This document shows, piece after piece, positions 1-12,708 of a stretch of DNA of 64,000 nt (positions are counted from its first letter, which is position 1; each line of letters begins with the position of its first letter). Origin of the DNA: Phoronis australis. Lineage: Eukaryota; Animalia; Phoronida. Position numbers and translations under genes: made by a program. The stretch spans positions 215,833-279,832 of the forward strand of contig NMRA01000093.1 in the NCBI GenBank assembly GCA_002633005.1, in the 5' to 3' direction. The notes beneath the pieces are model-generated. The model searched no databases, was not told where the DNA came from, and was given only the letters and a program-made list of their open reading frames with translations.

Positions 1-59
1 CTCTTTGAAAAGTGCTACGCGTTCCGAGTGCGTGTGTGGTGTGGGGACTTAGATCACGA

Positions 60-240
60 GGTAAGATTAACCGCCCAGGGCGGTTGCCTGTCGTAATAAG
101 CGCCCATGTTCGGTTAACTGCCCACCCTGGATTTCTTGAAATTTCACGTTTAAGCGCCCATGTCTGGTTAACCGCTCACCCCCGATTTTTTGGGTTTGCC
201 AATTTAACCGCCCAGGGCGTTAACCCGAACGTTTACGGTA
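60..240. mobile_element. Right end of a TA-flanked MITE with internal TTAACCGCCCA/TAAGCGCCCA repeats
   Basis: Recurrent aa(c/g)cgccca motifs ending in ...tttacggTA, a terminus typical of Tc1/mariner-type MITEs. Confidence 0.45.
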
Positions 241-689
241 CATACATAGATGTATTATAACTCTGTTAAACTGTTAGTTGTTGGGTTGTTTTTGTGAGGT
301 GCACGGTGTATTATCACATCACACAATTGCAGTACAGTGTGTCCCCTGAAATGGTTGCTCAAAGTAATTCTGAGGATTTCAGCTATGGAAAAAACATGAG
401 TTAGCGGCGATCATGTCGTTTTTCAAATGCATTGTTGGTTTGTGAACATGCGGCGACATCACAGATAACTTGGTGACGTGTAAACAGTGTGTTGGTAAAC
501 AATACTAGTCACTTCAGTGTACCAGAATTGAAAGCACAGGCTCACTGCAGCTAAGCAACCATCATACAAACATTAAAGATTTACAGATTAGGCTGCAAAG
601 TGCATTGAAAAAGATTTTGCAAGTCTTCTGCGCAAAAGATTCTAGAATCACATACCATCTGGTCACACTGAAATGAGTCCAGGTTAAAG

Positions 690-1025
690 TTAGTTCATGA
701 ACTCTTAAATGTTCATGAACTCTTAAATGTTCATGAACATTTGTGATTAGTTCATAATAAATTCATGATCAGAGTTCATGAACTACGTATTCCTAAAACA
801 TCTGTAAACATTTCATTAATTTAATACAAAAGTTCACGAAGTTCATTAAAGTTCAGGAGTGTTTTGTCAATATATTCCATTGCTCATTAACAAGCCCAAA
901 TAATTCATGAACTTTGTTGACTGTTCATGTACTACTATTTTTGAAGTTTGTGAACAAATCAGTTCATGAACCCTGCCTGGATAATCCAAGACCTTAGTGC
1001 ATGATCTGTCATATAGGTCATGAAC
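690..1025. repeat. Cluster of the palindromic motif GTTCATGAAC and variants (MITE-like remnant)
   Basis: About ten exact or degenerate ttcatgaa motifs within ~330 bp. Confidence 0.55.
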
Positions 1026-1603
1026 AATCAAAACTCTTAAAAGGTTACCAAACACTGTTTTGATGATTTTCACCAATCCTCACTAATACATCATTTGCAA
1101 CAAAAAGATAAAAGCAGGAATCATCTAAAAACTTATATTCCCTTTGTCACAAATTGTGTATTGGTTCTTGATGGGTTGTTTTCGCTACAGTTGTCTTACA
1201 GTTTGCTAAAGGTGTTGATCACACTTGTCCTGTTTGCAAACTTCTCAAATTTTCCTTCAAACTATGGAGTATTGTCACGGGTTATAGAGCTATTTTGTTT
1301 CAGGGAATTGGATGGGAATGTGGTTTTTAGTATCTGTTAATAGGACAAAACTGGGTTTGATATTATTTTAAATTTTGGTTCAATGTGCTCCAGTCCTCCT
1401 GGACTAATTCTAAATCTGGAGGCTGGTGTAAAAAGCTAAAACTGCCACTAGGGGCATAGCAGTAATCGAATCATGGAATTATAATGATTGACATTGGATT
1501 ATTATCCAAGTCAGGACTGTGGATTATCTGTAAATCATGATTGTAAATGTAATGTGATCCAACTATTGTTTGCTTGAAATGTAAATGTTGGCTATTTTTA
1601 CAG

Positions 1604-1671
1604 GACTTGGCCAGTGCTTCACACAGGTGCGCAATGTTACGGCTCGCTTTGAAGTCCTCAGACTGGATCAG
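1604..1671 (+). CDS. NMNAT: NMNAT internal exon (DLASASHRCAMLRLALKSSDWIR), haplotype copy 1
   Basis: tttttacAG acceptor and GTactt donor; translation resembles the NMNAT 'HRxxMxxLAxxxSDWI' segment; ends in phase 2 and joins the 3986 exon in frame. Confidence 0.9.
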
Positions 1672-2357
1672 GTACTTAAATTAGTATTATTAGTATTAAT
1701 AGCAGCAAGACGTAACGTGATCTCAGGTCTAACCTTTGTATTTAAAATCTAACCTAAAGTTACTTTTTGCATTTTCCATTCTACTTTATTTGTGCAAAGT
1801 ACACTTGCTCAAGTACCTCATGATTTATCCTGGTGAGTTATTAGCCCAAGTTCTCACTTGACGACCCCAGCATTAAAGCTTTAAGTTCAAGTCTACACTC
1901 CAAATCGCGTTTTGACTTAATAAAATCTCAAGTTTTTTCTAAAGTTTGTAGTCCGCATTTAGGGGTCATCAAGTGCTAACTTGGAATAAAAAAATATCGA
2001 TGTTAATCGTAATGTACTCAAGCACAGAATAATAGACACTTATGTCAAGTTTGTGCAAAAGTAGAATTATGGAAAATGTCAAAAGTGAATAATGAGTTCT
2101 ATTTCAAGTAAAGAGATTAAAGCCCACCCTCAGGAACAGTCGAGCATGGTTTGGTAAGCAGCATGGACTCAATGACATTAAAATTGGTCCAAGACACAGC
2201 TACTCTCTTGCAGTGTGAATGCAAAGACTGATATGTAGGAACATGTGGACCTAATAACATTGTCAGATTCTAGTCCATATNCTGTAAATCATGATTGTAA
2301 ATGTAATGTGATCCAACTATTGTTTGCTTGAAATGTAAATGTTGGCTATTTTTACAG

Positions 2358-2425
2358 GACTTGGCCAGTGCTTCACACAGGTGCGCAATGTTACGCCTCG
2401 CTTTAAAGTCCTCAGACTGGATCAG
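2358..2425 (+). CDS. NMNAT: Same NMNAT exon, second (allelic or falsely duplicated) copy
   Basis: Same peptide with two synonymous changes (CGG/CGC, TTG/TTA); lies in a ~750-bp block repeated across the single N at 2281. Confidence 0.8.
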
Positions 2426-3985
2426 GTACTTAAATTAGTATTATTAGTATTGATAGCAGCAAGACATAACGTGATCTCAGCTCTAACCTTTGTATTTAAA
2501 ATCTAACCTAAAGTTACTTTTGCATTTTCCATTCTACTTTATTTGTGCAAAGTACACTTGCTCATAAGTACCTCATGGTTTATCCTGGTGAGTTATTAGC
2601 CCAAGTTCTCACTTGACAACCCTAGCATTAAAGCTTTAAGTTCAAGTCTACACTCCAAATCTCGTTTTGACTTAATAAAATCTCAAGTTTTTTCTAAAGT
2701 TTGTAGCTCAAATTTAGGGATCATCAAGTGCGAACTTGGAATAAAAAAATATCGATGTTAATCGTAATGTACTCAAGCACAGAATAATAGACACTTATGT
2801 CAAGTTTGTGCAAAAGTAGAATTATGGAAAATGTCAAAAGTGAATAATGAGTTCTATTTCAAGTAAAGAGATTAAAGCCCACCCTCAGGAACAGTCGAGC
2901 ATGGTTTGGTAAGCAGCATGGACTCAATGACATTAAAATTGGTCCAAGACACAGCTACTCTCTTGCAGTGTGAATGCAAAGACTGATATGTAGGAACATG
3001 TGGACCTAATAACATTGTCAGATTCTAGTCCATATTACTGATTAGCTTTCCATTCAGTTTTTTAACTCATGTCTTCATTTCAAATTTTATTAAAGAGAAG
3101 TGTAACTATATAGGTCGCCTCAGGGTTCATGATCAAGATACAATTAATCAATTTCTTGATCTACAAGTTTCACAGAACATCCCGACAAATATTTGTTTGG
3201 CATTCACACTCTTCCCCTGGCCTCCAACAATTCCCTCTCTCATTTCTAATTGCCGGTTCAATCTCTTCAAAGCTCAGCAGAAAATAATTTTGATTATTAA
3301 GAAATGTCATTTGAAACATTTCTTTAAAAAGTTTGTGAGATCCAAGTTCTTGTTTTGCCAGAAATGTAAAATCTGACGATACAAGTCATTTGCTATTTCT
3401 TAATACTTATAATTTTATAGCTCTCTCAGTAATAGATTCTTAGGTCTAAGTCTGCAAAGTACAACTACAAGACAGTAAACATGTTTTATTAGCTGAAAAA
3501 TTGTTTTCATGGGTGTGACGGATGTTCGTGACGGATGTAGTCACATTTAACTTACGTCTGTCACGTAGCATCTAACTACCCACTCCTTTTATTCCTTGTT
3601 CTGCTGTGAATGATAGGATTTGATGCAATTTGACAACCTTCAAACATGGTTGAGCAATGCAGTTAAGGTCAGTGCATTATGTTCAGTGATGATCACTTCA
3701 GCTTGCCCATTGATTGTTAAGTAAAGAAGTAAGCGTAATCAACCCTGTTAAGGCACATGAGATCGTGATGTTCATTAAAGTGTGAAACATGTTTTCAGTT
3801 ATTTTGTTCAACGCTTTGTAATTATCTTTCTTCTTATTTACGATTTTTTCAATAACTTTCGTGAAGCTAAACAAGTTTCAACAACACCAATTTCTTGAGA
3901 AGTTCTTACTATTAATAGTAACTGTATATAGTAGAACATATTGAATTACAGTAAATATTTGTTGAAATACTTTAGTTCTGTTCAG

Positions 3986-4152
3986 GTTGAACACATGGGA
4001 GGTTGAACAGACAGAGTGGTCACAGACAGCCAAAGTGTTGAGACATGTGCAGTCTGTTGTCCAGACTAATTGTAACAACACTACTGTCGCAACTGAGTCG
4101 CCCAAAAATAACACCAAGAAGAAACGAAAAATACAGCGATCCCCCAAGAAAG
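3986..4152 (+). CDS. NMNAT: NMNAT exon (LNTWEVEQTEWSQTAKVLRH...TKKKRKIQRSPKK) with a basic NLS-like segment
   Basis: ttcAG/GTacgt boundaries; 'WExxQxxWxxTxxVLxH' NMNAT motif; phase 2 in, phase 1 out. Confidence 0.93.
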
Positions 4153-4165
4153 GTACGTCATATAC

Positions 4166-4362
4166 AATGTGCTACACTGTACCTTCAAATAATGTGCTAC
4201 ACTGTACCTTCAAATAATGTGCTACACTGTACCTTCAAATAATGTGCTACACTGTACCTTCAAATAATGTGCTACACTGTACCTTCAAATAATGTGCTAC
4301 TCTGTACCTTCAAATAATGTGCTACACTGTACCTTCAAATAATGTGCTACACTGTACCTTCA
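4166..4362 (+). repeat. 25-bp minisatellite (AATGTGCTACACTGTACCTTCAAAT) x ~8
   Basis: Near-perfect tandem units starting 13 bp into the NMNAT intron. Confidence 0.95.
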
Positions 4363-4972
4363 GACGATGCCAAATAATTCAGCTAATCCAGGATCCATTC
4401 AGTAATATTGTTGAGAGCCATCTTGCGCCGTCTCAAATTGTTCTATATACCTACTGTTAAATAATTTTCATAAAAAATGGACAATGCCAAATTTTTTTGA
4501 GATTTTGAGGCACAGCATGGCAACTAAATATCAATTTCTTTAATTTTTTAAACACATGTTTCAGATTGGGTTGAATCTCGACAGGTGTTACTCCACACAC
4601 TTTGTCGATATTGTGACAACTTGCCACACAAATCCAGTTACAATGAACAGTTGGTGACTAAGTGTAATAATGTCGCATTAACCTCTGACTGATGTTTGGC
4701 GTCACAAAAAACACCATTTTATTGCTACAAAACTTTGACTAGACTGCCAAATAATTCTTGCAAGAAACTTGTGGGAGTTTGGCCAATTTTTGTCAAGTTC
4801 TGTTTATGTTATTTTGAAAACTGTAGTAAGTTACAAGTTTGACTGAATCGGACAGAGTTTTATCGTAGTTTGTCTATTTTATTTTGAAAACTACTGCAGT
4901 AAAAGTTTGAGTCTGACAGATAATGCTGTGCTATACAATTGTCATGTTCATCCATTCACCATGTTGTTTCAG

Positions 4973-5094
4973 ACTCAACAGACTTCACTATAACTAGTAT
5001 TAGTGAGCCTGATGGTCCACCTCAGTTGAAGTTGTTGTGTGGTGCTGACCTACTGGAATCATTTGCTGTACCCAACTTGTGGAAGGACGAAGAC
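4973..5094 (+). CDS. NMNAT: NMNAT exon (DSTDF...[24 protein letters not shown])
   Basis: Hallmark [18 protein letters not shown] motif; tttcAG/GTgaga boundaries; phase 1 in, phase 0 out. Confidence 0.96.
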
Positions 5095-5468
5095 GTGAGA
5101 CTTGTCTCTGATTGTGTTTAATCTTATCATTAATTTTATATTTAACTGTGCATATTGGGGTATGAGTACAGTAGGCATGTTTGCCCATCATGACAGGCCA
5201 TGTCAGCTACTCTCAGGGAGAATTCTGCGCACACTCGGCTGTCATGAAGGGAAATTCCACTCCTGCTCAGCCATAATGAGTTCCGTGTCGTGTTCATGTA
5301 TTAATTGAATTCAGAGATTGATTGCAATATGGGATATGTAAGTTTTAGTAACTGTATGTTGAGAAGTATGCTTAGGTTTGTTGTCGTTATTTATTTGCCA
5401 ATTGGATACAGTTCAGTTCATGAGCTGATTAGTCTTTATTCACTTTGATTGGTTTGCGTCATTTTCAG

Positions 5469-5570
5469 ATTGAGGACATTGTAGCAAACTACGGCCTCGT
5501 GTGTATCACTCGCAATGGCTCAAACCCGCAGAGATTTATTTATGAATCCGACGTGCTTTCAAGATACGAG
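5469..5570 (+). CDS. NMNAT: NMNAT exon ([34 protein letters not shown])
   Basis: '[27 protein letters not shown]' motif; ttttcAG/GTcagt; 102 nt, phase 0-0. Confidence 0.96.
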
Positions 5571-6658
5571 GTCAGTAATGCTTTGCTTCTTGTGTAAACC
5601 TGCCAACATTAGATGCAATTAGTAGGAAGAAAGATCCAAACTTTGAGTTCTTCTAAATTCTTCAATAAATACGAATCACAGTGTCTTATCACACCTTTAT
5701 ATTTTCCAGAACATAAAGACTTGAAATATTGTGTTAGTACCTGGGGCTATACTGTTTTATCTCTGTTTCATTTTCATTGTCTCTTGCATCAGTTTTTAAT
5801 ATGGCATATCAACAAAGTCGTTTTAAATTTGCCAAAAGGTGTTGGTTTATTCATCTACCATGTTGTGTTTGCTGAATGACTTTCCAGTCGAAGACAAATC
5901 TGTGCTAATCCAATTATTGGGACTCTGATTTGTATGTTCCCTTATTTTCTTGTATTCCTTCTGTATTGATCTTTTTATATTGCCATCTCCTGGTTCTCAT
6001 GCGTGTACTGTTTAGTGTCTGACGACTGTGTTCATTATTCAAGTTAGTCTGTCTAGACACTTAACGTCTTGTTGCTCAAGCAAAATCACCAATCTCTGAT
6101 TTCATGTTTTCATAATCAGTTTTTCAGCAACAAAAATGATTGGTGCAATCAGATGCAAGTAATATTACTGTAAGAGTTGACATTGTGCAGTTTAAGAGAT
6201 GGGCTACACATCATGTAAATTTCTCATTGCCTGAATGAACAAAGTCTATGAATGTGTTGATGAATATTTGCTATTTATGGAAGGCACCTCTGAGTAAGTG
6301 TGACGCATGTCTCCCACATCACGCAAGGGATTGGCCGCTATAACTAACTCAGACTTGTCAAGGTTATGATAAACATTGTAAAAATGTCTGAAGAAAACAA
6401 GACAAATCGAGAGGATTACGAAATTAATGAAATAACGGTTGCCCAAATTTTGAAAGGAGGAAATTTCGTTATCTATTTAGTTGTCTGAGTAAACAATGAA
6501 CTCAGAATCAATGAAAAATATGTTTCATGATTCTTGACAACACTGCATGACCATTTGGTTTGTAAGATATAATATTTTGGTCATTTAAATTCAAAATTAA
6601 GCCATTGCTTTGTATTTCAAATTTCAATATGATCATAATTGTTCTTTTTAAATTTCAG

Positions 6659-6717
6659 AATAACATCCACATTGTAACTGAGTGGATTACAAATGATATA
6701 AGCTCAACAAAGATACG
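6659..6717 (+). CDS. NMNAT: NMNAT exon ([20 protein letters not shown])
   Basis: Conserved ISSTKIR ATP-binding motif; tttcAG/GTgaga boundaries. Confidence 0.96.
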
Positions 6718-7381
6718 GTGAGACTACTGTACAGAGCAGTTCAAACTTGTGTTGTTTTTAAAGCTGCATTTTGTCTGGTTTTGTTGGCTAAAAAACAAAA
6801 AAAATATTATGCCTACTACTCGCATAACACTCCTTAAAATGATAGTATTATATTTCCATTACCAACAAAAATATTGAGACCATCAGCAACTTAGAAAACA
6901 CTTCAGAGTTTACTGACGTTGGCCGACTCTAAAATTGTGAATTTATAGGTGGTGTATGTACACAGCCTGTGACTTGAGTCGCTGGATTATTTGGTAATAA
7001 TTCAAGATCAGATAACTGGTAGTTACAAATTAAACATTGACAGCTAAACACCGGTGAAATGTTTCATATTTTAGTGTTCTCTACAACAGAAAATTTGACA
7101 CAAATTACAAAATTCATGGGGATGTTCAAAAGTCCATTTCCATGGAAAGTAGGTTCATAGCAACTTTGAATTTATATTCAACGTCACAAAAAGATACCGA
7201 AAGGAGTCCAAAATATTTTAAAAAGTCAATTAGCTTTTTGCCATCTATGATTTAGAAGAATCCAAAGAGGATTAACAATTTTCAATATCTTATTGACTGT
7301 GTAATATATTTATAGTTCTAATTGAGTCGGTTTAATATGGATATTCATTCTACTAGCTTTAAATTTGTTTTCCACCCACAG

Positions 7382-7481
7382 GAGGTCACTGCGGCGGAGT
7401 GAGAGTATAAAGTACCTCGTTCAAGACCCCGTCATCGACTACATCCATAAGCACAAGCTGTACCAACCTGTTGATAAGTAA
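7382..7481 (+). CDS. NMNAT: NMNAT last catalytic exon (RSLRRSESIKYLVQDPVIDYIHKHKLYQPVDK*); alternative donor after 7477
   Basis: 'SIKYLxxDxVIDYIxxHxLY' motif; cacAG acceptor; TAA at 7479-7481 overlaps a consensus donor AA|GTAAGA. Confidence 0.95.
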
Positions 7482-8003
7482 GAACATGTGTACGCCTGTA
7501 CGCCACGTTTGAGTGCCTCACTCCTCGTCTAGGTCCCCTGCCGAAACCATGTGATAACATTGCTAAGAAAAGTCAAGTTTTTGGGTAGTCCTCGACATTG
7601 AACTAGATTGTATGTCTTTTTTGGTGGCAGTGACATCCTATAAGTTGCAGTTTGCAGCTAGGTGTGTTTGTTCATTCAGTGTTTTGTCAACATTACATAA
7701 GAAACTAATTTTAAATGTTTCGTCAAAAATTCACCTCCTCAGTCAATTGGTCCCCTTATTTCTTGGCTTTTTATCACTTGATTTCATGCTGCAGTATTAC
7801 TGTGCTCGAGTAGGAAGAAACCTTCTGCAGTATCATGTTCTCTTGGCTTCTACTAACTGCTAATTTTGTTTTGTAAACAGAAATTTATTATATCAAGTCA
7901 TTTTTTCTGATCCAGTTGTGCTGCCAGTTATCTGGCAATGCCTTTCATGTTTTCTTGTTCAGTTATCGAAGCGCTCTATTGAAACACATTTCACTCAAAC
8001 CAG

Positions 8004-8402
8004 GGCCCGGTCTCCAATCTTTTTACTCGAAATGGAACTCGAAATTAGGTTTGGCATTTTCTACTCTACTTTTGGGCGAACTCAAGATAAGTGTCTATTG
8101 TTCTATGCTCGAGTAAACAATAACTTACGTAGATAATTTATTGCCCTTAGTTCACAGTTTGTAAACCCAATATTAAAGCAATAAGTTCGAGTTTGAACTC
8201 GAAATTTCGAGTTTTTACTCTAGTTTGTAGCACGAATATAAAGGTCTTCAAGGGCAAACCTGAATTAGAAACTCCTATGCATTAACTATAATGTATTCGA
8301 GCACAGTCTGATAACCAATTATCTTAAGTTCGCACAAAAGGAGCAGAGAAATTGCCAAAAATAGTTTCGAGTTCGTTTCGAGTACAAAGATTAGAGACCG
8401 GG
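8004..8402. mobile_element. PIF/Harbinger-like MITE, present in one haplotype only
   Basis: TIR CCCGGTCTCyAATCTTTkTACTCGAAA at both ends; inserted after ...aaacCAG; the repeat of the flank after the N at 8403 (8404-8498) continues without the element. Confidence 0.75.
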
Positions 8403-11400
8403 NGATCCAGTTGTGCTGCTAGTTATCTGGCAATGCCTTTCATGTTTTCTTGTTCAGTTATCGAAGCGCTCTATTGAAACACATTTCACTCAAACCAGCA
8501 CTGATGTCCAAACCTGTAGTACGTTTATTCACCAGTAGGTGTCAGTAGCTGATGGTCATTCAAGGCACACCATGCATGTTTGATGTGCCAGTTCCCATGT
8601 AATGTTGTTGGTATAGCTTGCAGTCTGGTATTTATTTACTAATCTCTATAGCTGCCAAAACATCCTTATTTTGTCATTCCTATTAGGGAGCAGTGTTTGC
8701 AGTTCATAAATCTCTGTGTTATTTATTTCAAGGCTTTTTTTGTATATTTTTGTAGTTTCCTTTTGTTCTGTAAACCGTCCAAATAGAGATGCTTTTTCAT
8801 GGTGTAGCACAAGTTTTTGTTGCTTCAGTGTTCCTGTACATCCGAAAAAGATTAATCCCTGTGAATTCTCTTGTTTGTTAATGTTATGGGCATTTTTAGA
8901 AAAAGAATTAGATCGCGATCAACCAGAGTATTTTGCATCAGTCGTGTGACGTGCACTTGTTCATCTCTTAGAACAGTCTACTATTGTTTCCTTCATAAAT
9001 GCTATAAAACAGATATTTAATGTAATTGTCAATCTTCATGGCAAATTTTTCAACAGGTCAGATTTTCACACAACTTTTATAAATCTACAACTCCAGTTTC
9101 CGTTACTAACCATAAAAATTCATCAAATTTACAAAGTGGCAATTTTTGTAGTCATTTTCAGGTTTCGCTGTAGAGCGCTTTTGTGTACCAGATTTTTTCA
9201 GTGCTTGGGTATATTTGAACTAAAATGGGCACACTTGTTAACTCCACAATCCATGGTGTCAAACAATGGAAATTTCAGTCATCAAAAATCAAGTGTTACT
9301 CACTCAGATGTTTTAGATAATTGCAAACATTTTTGCATATTCCTCTCAGTAGGAAACAGAGTGCAAACTGCTTTGTCCTACAAATAGATTGTATATGGAC
9401 AGTTTTACAAAATTATGTTGCTTTTGAATCAGAAGTTCTTGTTTATAACCGAAATCACACTTACTTGGAAGTAGTCTGTTGGCTAAAACCAATGTCTTGA
9501 TATTTCTATGCTGAAGCAACGGTGTGTTGAGAATTTTAAAGATACTTTGCAGTTAAAGTTAAAATGATTTTTCTTCCTTGGTCACTTGAAAATCCGCTAA
9601 GAATAAACCAGGTCAAGTTTCAAATGTGCCCATACCATGATTAATAGAAATTTATTTGCTGAAACTTGAGTTGGGGTGGTCCTGATGGCTAACTATTGCA
9701 TAAAGAATAGCTTACATTGTTAGTCAGTCAACAAGTGCCCTCTGTTGCTGACTTGTGTCACTGTTGAACAAAGTGACACTTGCTGGTGAGTCTGGCTCAA
9801 CCTGAACACTCATGCACTGTTTTTCACAAGTTTCTAGCTTAAATGATTGCATTTTGATTCGGGGTGGTGGTGTGTGGAAATAAATTATTAGAAAATGTTA
9901 ATAATTCTGTAAATATGTTTTTTCTTAGCAGGTTCTATGAGAACATTTGTTAATACTGCTTGGTTGAGGTTATACTATATAATCAATGCTAATCATGCAA
10001 TTTGGACAAAGGAATCTATTGTGTGAAATTTTTAATTACTGTTATAAGGTTTCATATGAGTTCTGTTGTGTGCTACAATGGCATGTTAGAGAATTATTTT
10101 AACTTTGCATCATGTGAGTGATTGCTGTGTCAACAACTGTTCATTGTTCATGTTGGCAATAAATTTTTAATGTCATTCTTTTAATTTAGTGGTTTCATTC
10201 ATTTATTTATTTGATTTCATTTAAATTTTTAATAATAAATGGAATTTTGTTTCCCTGCCTATTCCACCTTTTTCTGTTTAATTTGCTGTAGGTTAGATCG
10301 AATTCCAAAGTGGAAAACGATACCTTATTTGCAAGCAATTTAAAGCTGTTTTTCGCAGATTCTGAACATTTCAAATGTAAATGTGTACTTCTTAATACTC
10401 CCTAAACACTATCAAACATGACAAAACACCAGACAGAATGCATTCTTTGTTGTCTAAAAAGAATTCGTACAAGGTTTTAGAAACGTACTGGTTTTGAAGC
10501 TACAATGATACAGCATTCAAATTGTGGTTGTTGAGTGGCTTAGCTATAAGGTTTTAGCTGTTCATTTCAAGATGCTTGTTATTTCTCCTGTTTATTTCAA
10601 TTTCTTTTTATTTGCTAACAGCATGCGCCACAATTTAAATTATTACCACCACTGATTCTTCAATCTTACGTTATGAGGTAATGTGGTCCGGTTAGCCTAG
10701 AAATATCGTTTTTCATTCATGCCGCCCAGACGTCAGATGTCGTTATCATAGTGATCTCTCAATTTCGGACTGCAGACCCCAAAAACCCCGACCGCCGTAA
10801 TCAAAGTGAGCAGGTAACTGCATCAAACCAGATCACGCCAAAAAGCTGAGGAGAGAAGCATCAGTGGTCGCTTTAATGAAACAAATATTGATCGACAGTG
10901 CCCTCTGTCGTATCATGTGGAATTGAGGAGAGCAACGTTGCATTGATCTCCTTGGGTCCATATGACCTGACATCAACATCGGAATCTGTCCACATTTGTG
11001 TCGTATAGCATGCGCTTTAGTCCACATTGAAACTGTGTAACGCGAGAATTCCACAAGCTGTAGATAAAGTTCTGCGATGGAGCTCTTGTCCTTTTTTATA
11101 TGGGGAGAATACTTCAAGACAATGGAAAGCACCAGAACATTTGTTTTAACTCAAGTGTGCACAACTATTGTACAATAAAACTCCAAAATTGTCTTGCTTC
11201 TAACTTCCCAGTTATTATATCAGTCTCCGTTGATCAATTGAATCACCGTTTACGGTCAAGCTCGTCATCAAGCGCTATCTGCTGGTCTCTGAAATGGTTA
11301 CCATCTCGTTGGCAATTCAACTAAAGAACTTGTCATTACACGTCGTGGTTGAACACCTATACAGCGTTTATATGCTGTCCGATCAGAAAGTAGATTGCAT

Positions 11401-12235
11401 GTCGGAGCTGCCTCATGAAAAGCCCGAACGAAAGCTCGTCAGACGTCTGATCTGACTTTATATCGCCTGCTCCCAAATCTAACTCCGACCGTGTGCCTAG
11501 CTTGCCTTCTTTCGTAACTCGTAATAACAGGTTCTGTTAGCTCTTGGCACCAGCACGTGGTTGGCAAGGATATCAGCATTTTGCATGCTAATCACTCGTT
11601 TTGCTTTGATCGGACGATGTAACCGACTATATTCTATCTAGATGTGATGCAAAATCGGGCGATTTTTCTTTGGTTCGGTAGCAGCGGTGGGAATTTTTTT
11701 ACGCTGATGCCAGACCCGCCGGCGCTTAATAATTGCCCAAGTGTCGGTCGAAGTGACTATTTTTTCGGATCGGTGTCGGAAGATTTATGTGACAGAGGCA
11801 TAAGACAGTAGAGATAGTGCGCCCGTTTGTAAATGATACGACGTCCTATTTGCCTTCTCAATTAGACACCTGAACGTGCTACAGTCCAAATCGTGCTGTG
11901 CTGACAGGATCTAGGCCTACATAGCGCTTTCATTTATTTCATTTGCGAATTCTTAAAACTGCGTTTTAATTGATAGCCACTGTCGAAATGACTCTTTTCA
12001 AGGCTCACACCACAAATTCGTAACTTCCTTCTAACTAGATTCGCCAAAATCAAACCCTTCACATGTACACGACTGGCAACTCAAGTTTTGATCCCTGTAT
12101 TGGTGTAAAATGCTTCCTTTGATGTCTATTAAGCTAAATCCGCTCTTATTCAGTGCTTGGGGACAAAGTAGCGTTTGCAGTTCCCGTATTCTGTTACATA
12201 TGCTTCACTTTTATTGGCTTTGCTTTCTTGCTTAG

Positions 12236-12343
12236 TAAGCTGATCAACCACATGGTCTTATCCCCGGAGAAGGATGTCCCGAATGTCGGTTATGTGAACC
12301 CGCCGGGTTGCTTGCCTGTGCCCAAGCACACAGAATACAACAG
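12236..12343 (+). CDS. 108-nt symmetric (phase 2-2) coding exon (KLINHMVLSPEKDVPNVGYVNPPGCLPVPKHTEYNR); NMNAT long-isoform exon or first coding exon (ATG 12252) of a separate gene
   Basis: Polypyrimidine tract plus cttAG acceptor and caacag|GTaaaa donor; open frame joins both the 7477 donor and the 14332 acceptor in frame. Confidence 0.7.
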
Positions 12344-12708
12344 GTAAAAGTTGAGTCTAAGTACTACGCTAAGTGCTGCCAATGCTTGTTTCAGAAACAG
12401 CATGAATTCTATCGTCACGTATTCCTTTTTTATTTAATTACTGCATTTAACATTTTCCTAAAAAGTGTGACAGTCGACAGTTAAGTTGCCGCCAAGTGAA
12501 CGTGAAATAGAAAACGCGTGTCACAGAGCAGGCGCGCGTACTAGTTAGAACTAGAATTTGAGACGGAATGAATTGAATTAAATCAAAGGAGCAGTATTGG
12601 CAGAAAAAATGCTTTTCTGAGGTCAACCTCAGCGTGTAGTCGAACCTACAGCCCCGCTGTAGCAGTCTCCACTGGTGGAACTAAACAACACTCGATAAAT
12701 GTATTTAA

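Larger units (their letters stand above)
1528..3035. other. Tandem near-identical ~750-bp duplication across a single N (2281): uncollapsed haplotype overlap
   Basis: 1528-2280 is repeated at 2282-3035 with scattered SNPs and small indels; the junction is exactly an N. Confidence 0.85.

Noticed and set aside
1604-2425. Apparent tandem duplicated (mutually exclusive) NMNAT exon
   Set aside because: The duplication includes ~750 bp of near-identical intron, joins at a single N and differs only by synonymous SNPs in the exon; this is the signature of uncollapsed haplotypes, also seen at 8403 and 63825.
7881-10343. Other possible phase-2 acceptors for the NMNAT 7477 donor (7881: NLLYQVIF...; 10292: LDRIPKWKTIPYLQAI*)
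   Set aside because: Plausible AG sites, but they give short, featureless peptides in AT-rich sequence; cannot be supported without transcript data.
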